DNA from: Bacteroidales bacterium
GTDB taxonomy: Bacteria; Bacteroidota; Bacteroidia; Bacteroidales; ML635J-15
Reading direction: 5' to 3'
DNA length: 64,000 bases
NCBI GenBank assembly: GCA_016937855.1
Contig: JAFGVU010000123.1
Location: 4,332-68,331 of the forward strand
Shown: one piece after another, positions 45,571-54,542 of the stretch
Layout of the letters: every line of letters begins with the position of its first letter
Numbering within the stretch: position 1 is the stretch's first letter
Notes under the pieces: model-generated
What the model was told of the DNA's origin: nothing
What the model saw: the letters and a program-made list of their open reading frames with translations, nothing else
Databases searched by the model: none
Program-made: the position numbers and the translations under genes

Positions 45571-46031
45571 ATTTTTGATATTTTACGATATCTGCGTTCT
45601 GTAACAAAATTGTTTACTCTACCCGGGGAGTTAATGTCAGATATCCATAATTCTTCATCAGTAAGGCGAAGAATTGTTATCTCCTTACAATTGATAACAC
45701 TAATTTCGTTTTCCGTATCAAAGTCAATGATAATCGATGTCTTGTCTTGATTAAATTCCCAGTTTGCGACAATAGTCTCACTTATAGATCTTGTGTCTAT
45801 TGTGTTTTCTATTAATAAATTTCCATCTTCGGTAAAAGTATAGATGATGTTTTTTTCACTTTCGAGTAGTACATCGTCGGTTTTGTCATTAACAATCACA
45901 TCGCAAAGTTCCCACTGCCCTGATAATCTGGCAGTTGCTGTTTTAAGTGAAACAACCGGTCCATGTTCGTAATATGTACAGGCTGTAAAAACAAAAATTA
46001 GTGTTAAAACTGATAATATTTTTAACTTCAT
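45567..46031 (-). CDS. Lipocalin-like-domain small lipoprotein (paralog 1 of 4)
   Basis: Lipobox FTAC. Blocks LSGQWEL, ANWEFNQDKT, ILRLTDEELWISD. Confidence 0.75.
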   Translation of the reverse strand: MKLKILSVLTLIFVFTACTYYEHGPVVSLKTATARLSGQWELCDVIVNDKTDDVLLESEKNIIYTFTEDGNLLIENTIDTRSISETIVANWEFNQDKTSIIIDFDTENEISVINCKEITILRLTDEELWISDINSPGRVNNFVTERRYRKISKI

Positions 46032-46047
46032 AATTATTATTTTTTTG

Positions 46048-46055
46048 CAAAGATA
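46048..46055 (-). promoter_or_regulatory. Bacteroidota-type -7 promoter box (TATCTTTG on minus strand) for the lipoprotein array
   Basis: Exact TAnnTTTG match 16 nt upstream of the ATG at 46031 and downstream of the EF-G-paralog terminator. Confidence 0.55.
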
Positions 46056-46100
46056 TGGAATTTTTCAAATATCATGCCTAATATTAGGCTTAAAGGGTGT

Positions 46101-46137
46101 AAAAAAAAGAAGCTACCTTTTTGAGATAGCTTCTTTT
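46101..46137 (-). terminator. Rho-independent terminator of the EF-G paralog
   Basis: AAGAAGCTA / TAGCTTCTT 9-bp stem with an 11-nt loop. A T8 run follows on the minus strand, starting 8 nt after the stop at 46145. Confidence 0.75.
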
Positions 46138-46144
46138 AAGTGTT

Positions 46145-48295
46145 TTATTCGTCATCCTGACTTTCTTCGTATTCTTTAAGAAGTTGATCCTGAACATCAG
46201 GTGGAACTTGTTGATACTCGAAGAATGACATTTCGTACATGGCTCTACCTCCAGTGTTTGAACGAAGTGCAGTAGAGTAGGTTGACATTTCTGCCAATGG
46301 TACACGTGCAGTGATTTTTTCGAATCCTTTTTCGCTGCTCATTCCTTGAACAATAGCACGACGTCCTTGAAGGTCGCTCATAACATCACCCATTCTGTCG
46401 CCTGGAACAAGAACTTCGAGGTTGTATATCGGTTCCATAATTTTAGGACCTGCATTTTTAAATGCGTTGCTAAAAGCATTACGTCCTGCAAGTTTAAATG
46501 AAATCTCGTTAGAGTCAACAGGGTGCATTTTACCGTCAATAACAAAAACTCTGATATCACGGGCATACGAACCTGTAAGTGGTCCATTTTCGATTTTTTC
46601 CATTATACCTTTAAGGATTGCAGGTAAAAATCTTGCGTCAATCGAACCACCAACAATACAGTTGTAGTAAACCAGTTTACCACCCCAATCGAGTTTAATT
46701 TCTTCTTTGCCTCTGACAGAAATTTTAAATTCTTTTCCGTCGATTTTAAACATTGTTGGATCCGGCATGTCTTCGGTATAAGGTTCAATTATCATATGAA
46801 CTTCTCCAAACTGACCAGCACCACCCGATTGTTTTTTGTGACGATAATCGGCAAAAGCTTTCTTCGTAATGGTTTCGCGGTATTGAATTTTAGGTTTAAG
46901 GAATTCTGTTGGTATTTTAAATTGATTATCCAAGTGCCATTTCATAATATTTAAATGGTATTCTCCCTGACCTTGAACAATAAGCTGTTTTAGTTCTTTT
47001 GAGTATTCAACAACAATTGTAGGATCCTCGTCTCTCATTCTGTTTAGTGCCTCGCCAAGTTTTTCTTCGTCGCCTTCGCTTAAAGCTTTTACAGCAACAC
47101 GATATTTTGGATTTGGCCATGCAATTGCAGGAATAGTTGTGTCATCACCTGGAGCTGTAAGAGTGTGGCAAGTTTTTGTTGCTTTAAGTTTTACTGTAGC
47201 ACCAATGTCACCTGCAAAAAGTTTATCAACTTTTTCTCTGTTTTTTCCGGCACAAACAAATAATGAAGAAAGCCTTTCTTTGGCGTTTGTTTTTGAGTTA
47301 TATAGGTCGATACTTTCTGTTAGAGTTCCTCTTAAAACTTTAAAATAACATATTTCACCAATATGCTCTTCAGTTGAGGCTTTAAAAACGAACAATAAAG
47401 GTTTTCCGTTAGGGTCGCAAATTATTTCATTACCGTCAGTATCTTTAGCTCCGGCAAATTTATTTGGTGATGGAGTTACATTGGCGATAAATTCTAATAG
47501 CCTTTTTACACCTAGGTCGTTTCTAGCATTTATGCAAAAAATTGGAAATATTCCTCTTTGTGGCAAACCTGCAGCAATACCTTTCATCATTTCCTCTTCG
47601 GTAAGAGTGTCATTTTCAAAGAAAAGCTCCATCAAAGATTCATCAGCTTCTGCTGCTTTTTCGATTAATTCGGTTTTGTATTCTTCTGCTTTGTCTGCAT
47701 GTTCGGCAGGTATATCAGAAATTGTAATTTCACCACCTTTAATTGTGTACATTTTGTTTGTAATTACATCAATAATTGATGTAAAATCAACACCAGCATC
47801 AACAGGGAATTGAGCAACAACTGCATTTCCACCAAAAGATTCTTTTATTGCATCAACTGATTTTTCGAAATTTGTTTTTTCGTGATCAAGATGATTCATC
47901 GCGATAATCATTGGTTTGTCTGCTTTATCAACATACCTATTATGAATCTCTGTTCCAACCTCGACACCGTTTTGAGCATTTATTAGCATTAAAGCAATGT
48001 CGGCAGGGAAAAGAGATGAAACTAAATTTCCAACAAAATCATCCATTCCCGGATTGTCGAGAATATTAATTTTTGTATTTCCTATTTCGGTATATAATAC
48101 TGTTGAGAACAATGAGTTTTGGTTTTCTTGTTCTATCGGGCGGTAGTCAGAAACAGTGTTTTTACTTGAAATATCACCTTTTCTTTTAATAACGCCGCCT
48201 ATTTCTAACATGCTCTCAGCAAGAGTCGTTTTTCCGGAACCTGAGTTACCAACAAGGGCAATGTTCCTGATCTGGTCGGTTTGATAAGTCTTCAT
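46145..48295 (-). CDS. Elongation factor G paralog with degenerate GTPase motifs
   Basis: Full five-domain EF-G length with EF-G blocks throughout (domain IV GKMHPVDSNEISFKLAG). G1 is GNSGSGKT. G3 is DNPGM instead of DxPGH. G4 is NHLD instead of NKxD. Confidence 0.9.
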   Translation of the reverse strand: MKTYQTDQIRNIALVGNSGSGKTTLAESMLEIGGVIKRKGDISSKNTVSDYRPIEQENQNSLFSTVLYTEIGNTKINILDNPGMDDFVGNLVSSLFPADIALMLINAQNGVEVGTEIHNRYVDKADKPMIIAMNHLDHEKTNFEKSVDAIKESFGGNAVVAQFPVDAGVDFTSIIDVITNKMYTIKGGEITISDIPAEHADKAEEYKTELIEKAAEADESLMELFFENDTLTEEEMMKGIAAGLPQRGIFPIFCINARNDLGVKRLLEFIANVTPSPNKFAGAKDTDGNEIICDPNGKPLLFVFKASTEEHIGEICYFKVLRGTLTESIDLYNSKTNAKERLSSLFVCAGKNREKVDKLFAGDIGATVKLKATKTCHTLTAPGDDTTIPAIAWPNPKYRVAVKALSEGDEEKLGEALNRMRDEDPTIVVEYSKELKQLIVQGQGEYHLNIMKWHLDNQFKIPTEFLKPKIQYRETITKKAFADYRHKKQSGGAGQFGEVHMIIEPYTEDMPDPTMFKIDGKEFKISVRGKEEIKLDWGGKLVYYNCIVGGSIDARFLPAILKGIMEKIENGPLTGSYARDIRVFVIDGKMHPVDSNEISFKLAGRNAFSNAFKNAGPKIMEPIYNLEVLVPGDRMGDVMSDLQGRRAIVQGMSSEKGFEKITARVPLAEMSTYSTALRSNTGGRAMYEMSFFEYQQVPPDVQDQLLKEYEESQDDE

Positions 48296-48360
48296 ATAAC
48301 AATCCTAAAATTTAATTTAATTTATTTATTATCAGTTTATTACTAATTTTAATTGGCTGA

Positions 48361-48368
48361 CAAAAATA
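48361..48368 (-). promoter_or_regulatory. Candidate -7 promoter box (TATTTTTG on minus strand) for the EF-G paralog
   Basis: TAnnTTTG match about 65 nt upstream of the ATG at 48295. Confidence 0.4.
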
Positions 48369-48509
48369 ATAAAAAATATGTAAGTACAAACCATACATTG
48401 TTTTTTATTAGAATTTATTTCTTTTCAGGAATAAAATTTCTAAAGACTTCTACTTTTGGTTTTGTAAGCTTTAAAATTTGTTTTTCTACATCATAACAGA
48501 TTAAAAATC

Positions 48510-49568
48510 CTAAGTCTTAGGGTAAAAATGCACATCTCTTTGTGGAAATGGAATGGTTACATTGTTTTCTCTAAAAAGTTTGTCAATTTCAAATCGTAAA
48601 TCGCTTTTGATTTTTTCGATTCTAAAATTGTCTTCAGAAAAAAACATAAGTTTAAAATCTAAGGATGATTCTCCAAAATTAACAAAATGTACAATCGGAG
48701 GCGGGTCGGATGCAACAAGTGAGTGCGTTTTTGCTGCTTTAATCAAAAGTTTTTCAACTAGCCTGACATCACTACCATAAGCAACACCAACTACAATAAA
48801 AAAACGACTCATTGTGCTGTTATGTGTCCAGTTTGTGATATTCTCACTCGTAAATTTGCTGTTTGGAATAATAACCTCAACATCATCACGTGTGATTACT
48901 ATCGAAGTCCTTAAATTTATTTTTACAACTTTACCAATCAGTTCATCCTCTATTTCAACGACATCACCTATTTTTACCGACCTGTCGAACAAAATAATAA
49001 ACCCTGATATAAAGTCATTGAAAATATGCTGTATCCCCAGACCCAAACCAACCAATAGCGCAGATAAACTGGCAATAACTATAGTAATGTTAAAGCCTAG
49101 CGATTCAATAAACAGAGTAATGGCAATAACGTAAATAAAGTATTTTATTATCAGATAAATACTTCGCGATTTTCCTTTCTCGATTTGCGATGACGATGGC
49201 TTCCGATTAACGTAAGCCTCCAGAATATATATTACAACTTGTGTCCCGGCAATTATCAAGTAAAAAACAAAAATATGGTAATAATGAATTTTAACACGAT
49301 CAGTATTTATTATAGTTTTGTTTATAAATTCTTTAAATTCAAATCCAAGAGATTCAAAACATGCATAGATGCTAAAAAAACCAAAAACTATGTAAATGAA
49401 GTTTAAGATTTTTCGAGAATTTTTCCCGCCTAAAATATTTCGAATTCGTTTTCTTCTTAAAAAAATTCTTGAGAAGAAAATAATCATAAATCCAGCCAAA
49501 AGAGATACAACTGCCAATACTAGTTGGTTAACTGTTAATGAAAATTTAGCTGTTTCAATTAAGATCAT
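48510..49568 (-). CDS. Mechanosensitive ion channel (MscS family)
   Basis: Several N-terminal TM helices followed by the MscS beta-domain pattern (FDRSVKIGDVVEIEDELIGKVVKINLRTSIV...IPNSKF). Confidence 0.85.
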   Translation of the reverse strand: MILIETAKFSLTVNQLVLAVVSLLAGFMIIFFSRIFLRRKRIRNILGGKNSRKILNFIYIVFGFFSIYACFESLGFEFKEFINKTIINTDRVKIHYYHIFVFYLIIAGTQVVIYILEAYVNRKPSSSQIEKGKSRSIYLIIKYFIYVIAITLFIESLGFNITIVIASLSALLVGLGLGIQHIFNDFISGFIILFDRSVKIGDVVEIEDELIGKVVKINLRTSIVITRDDVEVIIPNSKFTSENITNWTHNSTMSRFFIVVGVAYGSDVRLVEKLLIKAAKTHSLVASDPPPIVHFVNFGESSLDFKLMFFSEDNFRIEKIKSDLRFEIDKLFRENNVTIPFPQRDVHFYPKT

Positions 49569-49649
49569 AAAATTTGTTTATTTTGTAAAATTAGGTATTT
49601 TTAAATTGTTATTAAAATTAAATTTTGTTTTTGTCGTAATTTAATTGAA

Positions 49650-50333
49650 ATGAAAAAAGTTGTTGTACTGTCAGGAGCAGGTATTAGCAAAGAAAGTGGT
49701 ATTCCAACATTTCGTGATAATGACGGTTTATGGAAATCTTATCGTTTTGAAGAAGTTGCCTCACCATTAGCATGGAAACGTAATCCGGAACTTGTGCTCG
49801 ATTTTTATAATTTTCGTCGAAGAGTCGTTGTGGAAGCGGAACCTAATGAAGCACATATATTGCTGGCTGATTTGCAAAGGTATTTTGATATGTTTGTAAT
49901 TACTCAGAATGTAGATGATCTTCATGAGCGAGCAGGCACTAAAAACATACTTCATCTGCATGGACAAATCCGTCAGGCAAGGAGTACAGCCGATGAAAAT
50001 GTTATAGTTGATCTGCCATATTGGGAACTAAATCTTGGCGATCTGTGCCCTAAAGGATCACAGCTGCGACCAAATATAGTGTGGTTTGGCGAATCTGTGC
50101 CAAATATTCCAAAAGCTATTGAAATTGTAAAACATGCCGACATTTTTTTGGTTATTGGTACCGGACTGCAAGTTTATCCGGCTGCCAGTTTAATTGACTA
50201 CGTTCCTAGTAGTTCCGAAAATTATTTAATCGATCCATCTGATGATTTAAGTATAAGAGACTTTTATCATTATAAAAACACAGCCGTAAATGGGATGAAG
50301 AAATTTTATGATTTTATCTTAAAAAAAATGTAG
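49650..50333 (+). CDS. cobB: NAD-dependent protein deacylase (Sir2 family, CobB-type)
   Basis: LSGAGISKESGIPTFRD, ITQNVDDLHERAG, HLHG, PNIVWFGE and VIGTGLQVYPAA are canonical sirtuin blocks. 227 aa, with no extra domain. Confidence 0.9.
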   Translation: MKKVVVLSGAGISKESGIPTFRDNDGLWKSYRFEEVASPLAWKRNPELVLDFYNFRRRVVVEAEPNEAHILLADLQRYFDMFVITQNVDDLHERAGTKNILHLHGQIRQARSTADENVIVDLPYWELNLGDLCPKGSQLRPNIVWFGESVPNIPKAIEIVKHADIFLVIGTGLQVYPAASLIDYVPSSSENYLIDPSDDLSIRDFYHYKNTAVNGMKKFYDFILKKM

Positions 50334-50387
50334 CTTTGCAATGTATTTGGCTTATATTTTGCAATTGAATCGAACAAAAACAATATC

Positions 50388-52238
50388 TTGAAAAAGTTTT
50401 ACTTATTTTTAATATTTAGTTTAATAATTACTCCTGCAATTTTTACTCAAAGTTTCAGGATTTTGTCGTTTGAAGAGGATTTGAGCGACCTATCTGCTGT
50501 TACTGCTGCTCGAGTCGATGTAAATGATCAAAAATGTGCCATAATAAAAGTTTATACAAATCTTGATGGATTATTTTTTGAAACCAGGCTTGGCATTGAA
50601 GGTGATGTTTTTAAAAAAACCGGTGAATATTGGATTTATATTTCTCCACGTGAAAAAATGCTGAAAATTATAAAAAGCGGCTACATTCCACTAGAATATT
50701 CCATTGATTTTAATATTGAGGAGTCAAAAGTCTATAAAATGACACTTACCGGAGGTAGTTTAAGTGGACAAGCAGAAGTGTCAGGTAATGTTACCGAGTT
50801 TGTAGTTATTAATACCCAACCCGAAGGGGCACAGGTTTTTATTAATGATAAATTAAAGGGTGTTTCTCCATTGTCGATCCCCTTATCAGTAGGGAATTAT
50901 AATTGTCGTTTGGAGAAAGCCTTGCATAAAGTGGAAGAGTTCGATTTTGTTGTAGAAGCCGGTAATACTTTGCGAATTGAAAAAAATCTTACTGAGTTGG
51001 ATATTTTTGGAAAAATAACTGTAGTCTCAAATATCGAAGCCCAAATTTATATTGATAATGAATATGTTGGAGACAGGTATTACGAAGGTAAATTGATTGA
51101 AGGTCTGCATGTCGTGAAAATACAGGCCGAAAATTTTAAAACTTATACTAAAGAATTGTTGATAATTGCCAACAAAGAGTATGTTGTTGATAAAATGTTG
51201 GATCCAAAGCTTGGTGTGATTTCTGTCCAATCCGAGCCATTAGGGGCATCGATTTTTATTGATGGCGAGTTTGTAGGAACAACTCCCAAATTTGTTAGAG
51301 ATGTATTTGTCGGAAGTCGTGAATTATCTATCGAGAAGGTAGGGTACGCAACTCATCGCGAAAACATAACTGTCGAGTACGATAAAACTAAGGAATTTGT
51401 TTTTAAGTTGAGGCCGGCAAGTAGATTTATAATTTCAACAGAGCCCGAAGGTGCCGAATTGTATATTAATAATGTTCTTATCGGGCAAACACCTTTTGAG
51501 TTTGATCTTGATTACACAAAACATAACAAAATTAAAATTGTAAAGCATGGATATCATACAATATACGATGAGTTTCCTGCACACTCAGAGCTTAAATCTA
51601 AATCGTATAATCTCGAAAAACTTGCTTTAGTTAATAATACCAGGCTTGCAAGTTCCGATAACGACAAATCCACTACTAATCGAAGAAGTCGGAGTAATAG
51701 AGAGGATAGAACAATAATTGGTTGGTCATTATCAGGACTAAATTCAAGACCAGGAGGTGTACAATCATCAATTTATGGTAATTTTGGTGATGCTTCGCAA
51801 TATGCTATTTTTTGTGATGTAGGATATCAGTTTAATAATTATGATAATTCATATATTGATGGGATCGTAAATTTTCCAAGATTCTCTTTTGGTGGGGGAT
51901 ATAATATTTGGCTCGGCGATTTTGCAGTTATAGAAGGATTTATTGCTTATGGGAGAGAATATGCTTCAGGTCTTAATTGGGAAATTTATGATATTTGGGA
52001 TTTTGCACCTGATATGGTTTATACTAAGTGCTATAAAGCCGGGGTGAGAGCAGCAGTTCGAATTTCTCCCCATGCAGAACTATTCGGTGCTTATAATCTA
52101 AACTTTACAGATGGTCCTGCTTTTGATGTTTATGGAGATCAAGCAGAAGTGAATGGAGTAAGATATAATTACCAAACCCTTTTCCCTGATCGAAATGGCG
52201 AAAATTGGGAAATTGGAATTAGGTTTGTTGTGCATTGA
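50388..52238 (+). CDS. PEGA-repeat secreted protein with distinct C-terminal domain
   Basis: TTG start with signal peptide. At least three PEGA-type repeats (TQPEGAQVFINDKLKGVSP, SEPLGASIFIDGEFVGTTP, TEPEGAELYINNVLIGQTP). A basic low-complexity linker, then an aromatic-rich C-terminal region of about 170 aa. Confidence 0.75.
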   Translation: MKKFYLFLIFSLIITPAIFTQSFRILSFEEDLSDLSAVTAARVDVNDQKCAIIKVYTNLDGLFFETRLGIEGDVFKKTGEYWIYISPREKMLKIIKSGYIPLEYSIDFNIEESKVYKMTLTGGSLSGQAEVSGNVTEFVVINTQPEGAQVFINDKLKGVSPLSIPLSVGNYNCRLEKALHKVEEFDFVVEAGNTLRIEKNLTELDIFGKITVVSNIEAQIYIDNEYVGDRYYEGKLIEGLHVVKIQAENFKTYTKELLIIANKEYVVDKMLDPKLGVISVQSEPLGASIFIDGEFVGTTPKFVRDVFVGSRELSIEKVGYATHRENITVEYDKTKEFVFKLRPASRFIISTEPEGAELYINNVLIGQTPFEFDLDYTKHNKIKIVKHGYHTIYDEFPAHSELKSKSYNLEKLALVNNTRLASSDNDKSTTNRRSRSNREDRTIIGWSLSGLNSRPGGVQSSIYGNFGDASQYAIFCDVGYQFNNYDNSYIDGIVNFPRFSFGGGYNIWLGDFAVIEGFIAYGREYASGLNWEIYDIWDFAPDMVYTKCYKAGVRAAVRISPHAELFGAYNLNFTDGPAFDVYGDQAEVNGVRYNYQTLFPDRNGENWEIGIRFVVH

Positions 52239-52366
52239 TTTTAATCGGCTCTTTCGATAGGCATTATTTATCCATAAAAACTTGTGAAATGTCAATTGTC
52301 TAAATCATTGAAAATGAGAAAATTCCGTCATGGAAAGAAAAAAATCTAAAAAAAAACGAAAAAAAA

Positions 52367-52399
52367 TTTGGAGATATGAACTAAAAAGATGTACATTTG
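52367..52399 (+). promoter_or_regulatory. Bacteroidota sigma-A-type promoter (-33 TTTG / -7 TACATTTG) for the tRNA pair
   Basis: TTTG at 52367-52370 and TACATTTG at 52392-52399, separated by 21 nt. The -7 box ends 10 nt before the tRNA-Gly 5' end. An A-rich tract lies upstream. Confidence 0.7.
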
Positions 52400-52409
52400 C
52401 AAACCATTT

Positions 52410-52482
<73 letters not shown>

Positions 52483-52512
52483 CTTTTTTTTTAAAAGCGA
52501 TCTTAATTTAGT

Positions 52513-52597
52513 GCCCGGGTGGCGGAATTGGTAGACGCGCTGGACTTAAAATCCAGTTCCTACTATTGGAGTGCCGGTTCGACCCCGGCCCCGGGTA
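52513..52597 (+). tRNA. tRNA-Leu (UAA), class II with long variable arm
   Basis: Acceptor GCCCGGG/CCCGGGT, anticodon stem-loop TGGA-CTTAAAA-TCCA, long variable arm, T-arm GCCGG-TTCGACC-CCGGC. Confidence 0.9.
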
Positions 52598-52600
52598 CAG

Positions 52601-52631
52601 AAGCAGAATTTTTTAAAATTCTGCTTTTTTT
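52601..52631 (+). terminator. Rho-independent terminator after the tRNA pair
   Basis: AGCAGAATTTT / AAAATTCTGCT stem followed by a T7 run. Confidence 0.8.
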
Positions 52632-52692
52632 ATGTACTTTTGTGAACAAAGTGAATGAATAATCGTTTTAGAGATTTAATAAAAATATATTT

Positions 52693-53496
52693 ATGGAAAA
52701 TTTAGATCAGATCTACTTGTGGATCGTAAACAATGGTATTAGACTCTTAGGAGCTATAGTATTTCTTATTTTGGGTTTTTGGATAGTGAAAGTCTTTGTC
52801 CGACAAGCTGTTAAAATTATGACCAAACGAAATGTTGATGCGGGACTCATAAGCTTTTCTAGAAGCTTAATCGCAATAGCATTAAAAGTTTTAATAGTGA
52901 TTTCTGTGATGGGAATGGTCGGTATAGAGATGACTTCATTTATCGCAGTTTTAGGTGCAGCCGGTCTTGCAATTGGTCTCGCTTTTCAAGGCACTCTTAG
53001 TAATTTTGCCGGCGGTGTAATGATTCTAATTTTTAAACCGTTTAAAGTTGGTGATTATATCGAGGCGCAAGGATATGATGGTTCAGTAAAAGAAATTCAG
53101 ATTTTTAACACAATTTTGAGTACAGTCGATAATAAGATTATTTTTATTCCTAATGGTGCATTGGCGACAGGTACATTAACTAATTTTACTCAGCAAGAAA
53201 CTAGGCGTGTCGATTTTAAGTTTGGAGTCGCCTATGGTACTGATTATCAAAAAGTTAGAAAGATTATTCTAGATATAATTAATGCTGATCCACGCGTATT
53301 ACATGACCCGGAAGTTTTTATCGGACTAGGCGAAATGGCTGATTCCTCAATCAATATTATAACTAGAGCTTGGACAAAAACCTCTGATTATTGGGGCGTT
53401 TTCTTTGATGTCAATGAGAAAATTTATGAAACTTTTAATAAAGAAGGTATCGAAATTCCATTCCCACAAATGGATGTACATATTAAAAAAGATTAA
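52693..53496 (+). CDS. Small-conductance mechanosensitive channel (MscS)
   Basis: Three TM helices and MscS core blocks ([30 protein letters not shown]...IPNGAL). Confidence 0.9.
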   Translation: MENLDQIYLWIVNNGIRLLGAIVFLILGFWIVKVFVRQAVKIMTKRNVDAGLISFSRSLIAIALKVLIVISVMGMVGIEMTSFIAVLGAAGLAIGLAFQGTLSNFAGGVMILIFKPFKVGDYIEAQGYDGSVKEIQIFNTILSTVDNKIIFIPNGALATGTLTNFTQQETRRVDFKFGVAYGTDYQKVRKIILDIINADPRVLHDPEVFIGLGEMADSSINIITRAWTKTSDYWGVFFDVNEKIYETFNKEGIEIPFPQMDVHIKKD

Positions 53497-53521
53497 ATAG
53501 TAATAACTTAAAAAATTAGAA

Positions 53522-54430
53522 ATGTTAAAAGTAAAAACTTTATTGACAGTTTTACTAATGTTTCTCGGATCTATAAGTGCTATGTCTGAGGAATCGGCAG
53601 ATACTGTCAAAGGATGGAAAACAGGTGGCGTATTGTCTTTAACAGGATCGCAAATTTCATTTACTAACTGGGCAGCGGGTGGTGAAAATTCGATTAGTGC
53701 AAATAGTTTTGTAAATTTATTTGCAAATTTTAAAAAGGACAGAATGACTTGGGATAATACCCTTGACTTAGGATTTGGAATGATGAAGCAAGGAATGGGA
53801 GAGGAGTCGAGATATTATAAAACAGATGATAAGATAGACTTTTCATCTAAATACGGACAATATGCATTTGAACATTGGTATTATACAGGTTTGGTTAGTT
53901 TTAAATCTCAATTTACCGAAGGTTTTAAGAAGATAACAGATACTGTTAGAATATCAAACTTTTTGGCTCCGGCATATCTGAATATTTCTATTGGGATGGA
54001 CTATAAACCTACAGATAATTTTACACTGTTTATTTCTCCTTTTTCAGGTAAGATAACTTATGTTACTGATACTATGTTGTCGGCAGCTGGGGCTTATGGT
54101 GTAACTCCCGGCGAAACAGTAAGATATGAGTTCGGGGGATATGTTAAGGCTCAGTTTAAGTGTAATTTAGCGCAGAACATATCTTATACCAGTAGAATGG
54201 ATTTGTTCTCGAATTATCTCGAAAATCCTCAAAATATTGACCTGAACTGGGAAAATATTTTTAACTTTAAAATTAATAGTTTTTTTAGTGCGAATATCCA
54301 TATTACAACTATGTATGATGATGATACAAAAATAGACATCGATAGAAATAATGATGGTGTGTACGACGGAAAAGGTTCAAGATTGCAAATTAAACAGCTT
54401 TTTGGAATGGGAATAACTTATAAGTTTTAA
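53522..54430 (+). CDS. DUF3078-type outer-membrane beta-barrel protein
   Basis: Signal peptide, then the family-typical GWKTGGVLSLTGSQISFTNWAAGGENSI opening. Alternating beta pattern ending ...GMGITYKF. Confidence 0.8.
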   Translation: MLKVKTLLTVLLMFLGSISAMSEESADTVKGWKTGGVLSLTGSQISFTNWAAGGENSISANSFVNLFANFKKDRMTWDNTLDLGFGMMKQGMGEESRYYKTDDKIDFSSKYGQYAFEHWYYTGLVSFKSQFTEGFKKITDTVRISNFLAPAYLNISIGMDYKPTDNFTLFISPFSGKITYVTDTMLSAAGAYGVTPGETVRYEFGGYVKAQFKCNLAQNISYTSRMDLFSNYLENPQNIDLNWENIFNFKINSFFSANIHITTMYDDDTKIDIDRNNDGVYDGKGSRLQIKQLFGMGITYKF

Positions 54431-54436
54431 GGAAAC

Positions 54437-54465
54437 AAAAAAAGCTGCAATCGCAGCTTTTTTTT
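54437..54465 (+). terminator. Rho-independent terminator (A-run upstream, possibly bidirectional)
   Basis: AAAGCTGC / GCAGCTTT stem, AATC loop, T8 run. Confidence 0.8.
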
Positions 54466-54542
54466 ATGATTATAGACCTTTTTATTTTATTTATTTTCTC
54501 TAAACCCAAATTTTTGAGTTTCTCGAAAATTTACCTATAAAT

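Noticed and set aside
46090-46305. 71-aa ORF overlapping the 3' end of the EF-G paralog and its terminator
   Set aside because: It is in a different frame of the same strand as the EF-G paralog's C-terminus and runs through the terminator stem, so it is not credible as a gene.
47139-47813. Antisense ORFs inside the EF-G paralog (69 and 110 aa). Same-type ORFs also occur at 48553-49134, 55375-56064, 60606-61496 and 62524-63334
   Set aside because: All lie within strongly supported genes on the opposite strand and have Ser/Leu/Phe-rich nonsense-like translations.
49650-50333. Sir2-domain gene as a possible anti-phage defence effector (Thoeris / DSR-like)
   Set aside because: The protein is only 227 aa with canonical deacylase motifs (GAGIS..GIPTFR, QNVDxLH, HG) and no fused sensor or TM domain. 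It has no partner gene; its neighbours are an MscS channel and a PEGA protein. It fits a housekeeping CobB-type sirtuin.
52321-52366. Long A-rich tract (GAAAGAAAAAAATCTAAAAAAAAACGAAAAAAAA) upstream of the tRNA promoter
   Set aside because: It is most simply an UP-element-like AT tract of a strong stable-RNA promoter. It has no repeat-unit structure suggestive of a mobile element or CRISPR leader.
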